The notes under the pieces: model-generated
The model's input: only the letters and a program-made list of their open reading frames with translations
Told to the model about the DNA's origin: nothing
The model's database searches: none
Shown: positions 61,401-64,000 of the stretch, piece by piece
Numbering within the stretch: position 1 is the first letter of the stretch
Layout: each line of letters starts with the position of its first letter
Position numbers and translations under genes: made by a program
Origin: Azolla caroliniana
Taxonomy: Eukaryota > Plantae > Polypodiophyta
DNA length: 64,000 nucleotides
Assembly: GCA_043228905.1 (NCBI GenBank)
Contig: JBHGNT010000016.1
Span: 3,906,001-3,970,000, forward strand
Direction: 5' to 3'

Positions 61401-63945
61401 GCAAATTGGCGTGCCGCTATGGAGGAAGAAATGCGGGCACTAGATGCCAATGACACATGGGACCTCGTTGACCCTCCCCGACACTGTAAACCGATCGGTT
61501 GCAAATGGGTGTACAAGGTAAAGTACAATGGCGACGGTTCGGTTAACCGGTACAAGGCTCGGTTACTGGTGAAGGGATACACACAGACCCAGGGAATCGA
61601 TTACAACGAGACCTTCGCCCCAGTAGCGAAGATGACGACGGTTTGTGTGGTATTGGCGGTTGCTATGGCAAGGGGATGGCATCTTCACCAGATGGACGTG
61701 AAGAATGTGTTTCTTCAAGGTGACCTTGAAGAACGGGTCTATATGATCCAACCTCCCGGTTTTCAGTCGGAGATGAACAAGTCGGTAGTGTGCCGGCTCA
61801 AGAAGTCGCTTTACGGTCTGAAACAAGCCCCTTGAGCTTGGAATGCGAAGATCACGCATCGGTTGTGTAAGATGGGGTTTGTGACCTCTAAATCCAACTC
61901 GTCGTTGTTCATCCGGCAAGGTCTGGACGGTCCAGTTTGCATCTTACTTTATGTTGATGATTTAGTCATCACCGGACCCGGACTCAATGAAATCGGCCGA
62001 GTAAAGTCCCAGCTGTCGGACACATTTGAAATGAAGGACCTGGGGGACCTTCATTATTTTCTTGGGATTGAGGTGATCCGAACCCCCAACGGCATATTGC
62101 TCTCACAATGACACTATGTGTTGAATATGCTGTACAAGTTCGGTATGACGAAGTGCCGACTTGTCTCCACACCCCTAGACCGGAACCAATAGCTCTGTCC
62201 CAACTCCGGATTGGCCTGCGATGACCAACGGTTCCGACAAATCGTCGGAAGCCTGATATACTTGACGATCACTCAACCTGACCTCAGTTACCCAGTCAGA
62301 GTGATCATCCAGTTCATGCAGAAGCCGACCGTCGAGCACCTTCAGTGCGCATACCGGATACTCCAGTATGTGAGCGGCACGAAGGACCGAGGACTGTTAT
62401 ACCAACACGGTATAGTTGGGAAGCTAGTTGGATATACTAATGCCGATTGGGCTGGTGATACATCGGATCGCCGTTCCACCTCCGGTTACATGTTTTCTCT
62501 GGGTAGCGCGACTGTTGCGTGGAGCAGCAAAAAGCAACCAACAGTGGCTCTGTCAAGCACTGAGGCTGAATACTGGGGCGCTACCAATGCCACCTGTGAA
62601 GCCATCTGGCTTCGGCGACTACTGCAAGACCTGTGGTTTGAGGTCCCGACCTTGATCCTGCTCTATTGTGACAACATGAGCAACATTTAGCTCGCAAAGA
62701 ACCTCGTGTTCCATGCTCGAACGAAGCACATAGAAGTCCACTATCACTTTGTGCGTGAGCGGGTTTTGAGCGGTGAAGTAGAACTTCAGTATGTTTAGAC
62801 GGATCAACAAATTGCCGATATCTTCACCAAACTACTCGGATCGGACAAGTTGCAACACTTCACTGAAATGCTTGGTGTTTAGCATCTCGACGTGCCGCAC
62901 TTGAGGGGGAGAAAAGGAAAGGGAATGGATGGCACCAGACAAGGAGCCAGAGAGGAAGAAAGAACCAACAAAAGGGGAGACAAGAGGAAAAAGGAAGCCG
63001 AGCCGACCGAAGGAGTCGGCACATCCGAAAAGGTCGGAACAAACGGCAACGGCAGCAGAGTCAAGAAGGATAGAGCCGACCGGAAGAAAACGGCCAAGAC
63101 CCGAACGTGGTCTGGTGTGGTGAAGGGCCTGAAACCGGAAGATGAGTTGGAGAACATCGACTCGGACAAGAGCTGGAACGAATCGAAGGAAACCGATTCG
63201 GTTCAAGATTCGGAGAAGCTGGATCAACTAAAGGCCAAGCGGACACAGACGCAACGGAAGTCAACGCCAACACGAAGGAACCGACGGGTCGACAAGCGCC
63301 GGAGTCGCAACAGCAAGGGAGCTGAAATGGGCCTGTTGAGCAGTCAAGCTGACCGAGGAGGTCGAGGTGTGCAGAACCAGAAGGGTCGCGGCAAACAAGA
63401 CCGGACCGGACGAGGAATGTGAGCGAGGTGGAGCAACGCCAGAAGGAGCCGGGTAGAAGAACCGGCTGCCGCGGACACTAACACCACGATCTGACCTCAA
63501 GTTGAGCTTGAGGGGGAGTGTTGAGCGAGCAAGCTCAACTGGATCCAATTCGGCATCCGGAAGGATGAGCCAGATCGGTATCCGGAAACAACTGGCCGGA
63601 TTGGGGAGCTGGATCAGAGAGCCGGATTCGAGCGGGAACCAAAAGCCTAGTAGTAGCCTAGACTACTAGGTAATCATTGTCTCGTAGTTAGTGTCAGTCA
63701 CACTTGTGAGCATTGAAGTACCTGTCAGTACTTCTGTCAGTCCTTTATGGACTTGTATAAATAGTGCTGTTTAGCACATTGTATCTACAAAGTTTTAGAG
63801 TTAATTCTTGAATATAGTTTTATGTTCTGCTCTCTCTATCTCCTCTATGTTTGAAGCTTTTCCATTAAACCTTCATCTCATTTTCTGTTGCTATCCTACT
63901 GAGCTGGTTTTGTCTGACGCTTCCACACATTAACATTCACACAAA
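58431..63945 (+). mobile_element. Ty1/copia retrotransposon, related subfamily; most of the 5' LTR and the PBS deleted
   Basis: 5' LTR remnant 58431 to about 58566, gag-pol 58622-62880 with many stops, PPT 63507-63518, 3' LTR 63519-63945, TSD CAATA. Confidence 0.95.
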
Positions 63946-64000
63946 CAATAGACATTCTTGCCTTATATTGAGACCAACATTTAGGGTTGACATTTGCAAT

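Larger units (their letters stand above)
51720..64000 (-). mobile_element. Second LINE remnant, split by three copia insertions (pieces about 51720-51944, 57855-57998, 58402-58430, 63946-64000)
   Basis: Removing the inserts and one copy of each TSD restores one frame: GKNVYCIQSYVITNMSSNARRALTLLRTQSHKLGIEVASW...CKVCNEGMVEDECHLLFTCSTY. Confidence 0.8.

Overview
Repeat-rich land-plant nuclear DNA. It is most likely a fern or another seed-free vascular plant; this is inferred from gene and TE style, not proven. Four intron-containing host genes lie on the minus strand: a SKIP14-like F-box gene (large coding exon 5542-6951, later exons not found), a complete 5-exon AT-hook/PPC (AHL) gene (17954-23666), a complete 4-exon chloroplast RRM protein gene (cp29-like, 33643-35541) and an atypical Aux/IAA gene (about 41757-42735). 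Between them are Ty1/copia retrotransposons, solo LTRs, LINE and SINE remnants, and an apparently intact 4.9 kb hAT transposon with TIRs and a perfect 8-bp TSD (26757-31668). From 46 kb to the end is a nest of copia elements; three of them inserted within about 170 bp of one LINE remnant. The most notable observations are: (i) a frame-conserved ~210-250 codon ORF extension downstream of copia RNase H, with a duplicated PPT and a shared TAG; (ii) a hairpin enclosing the PPT/U3 junction in three copia elements; (iii) a DR5-like TGTCCG tandem array upstream of the Aux/IAA gene; (iv) a 340-nt fold-back just inside that gene's intron. All coordinates were read by eye and no database search was run.
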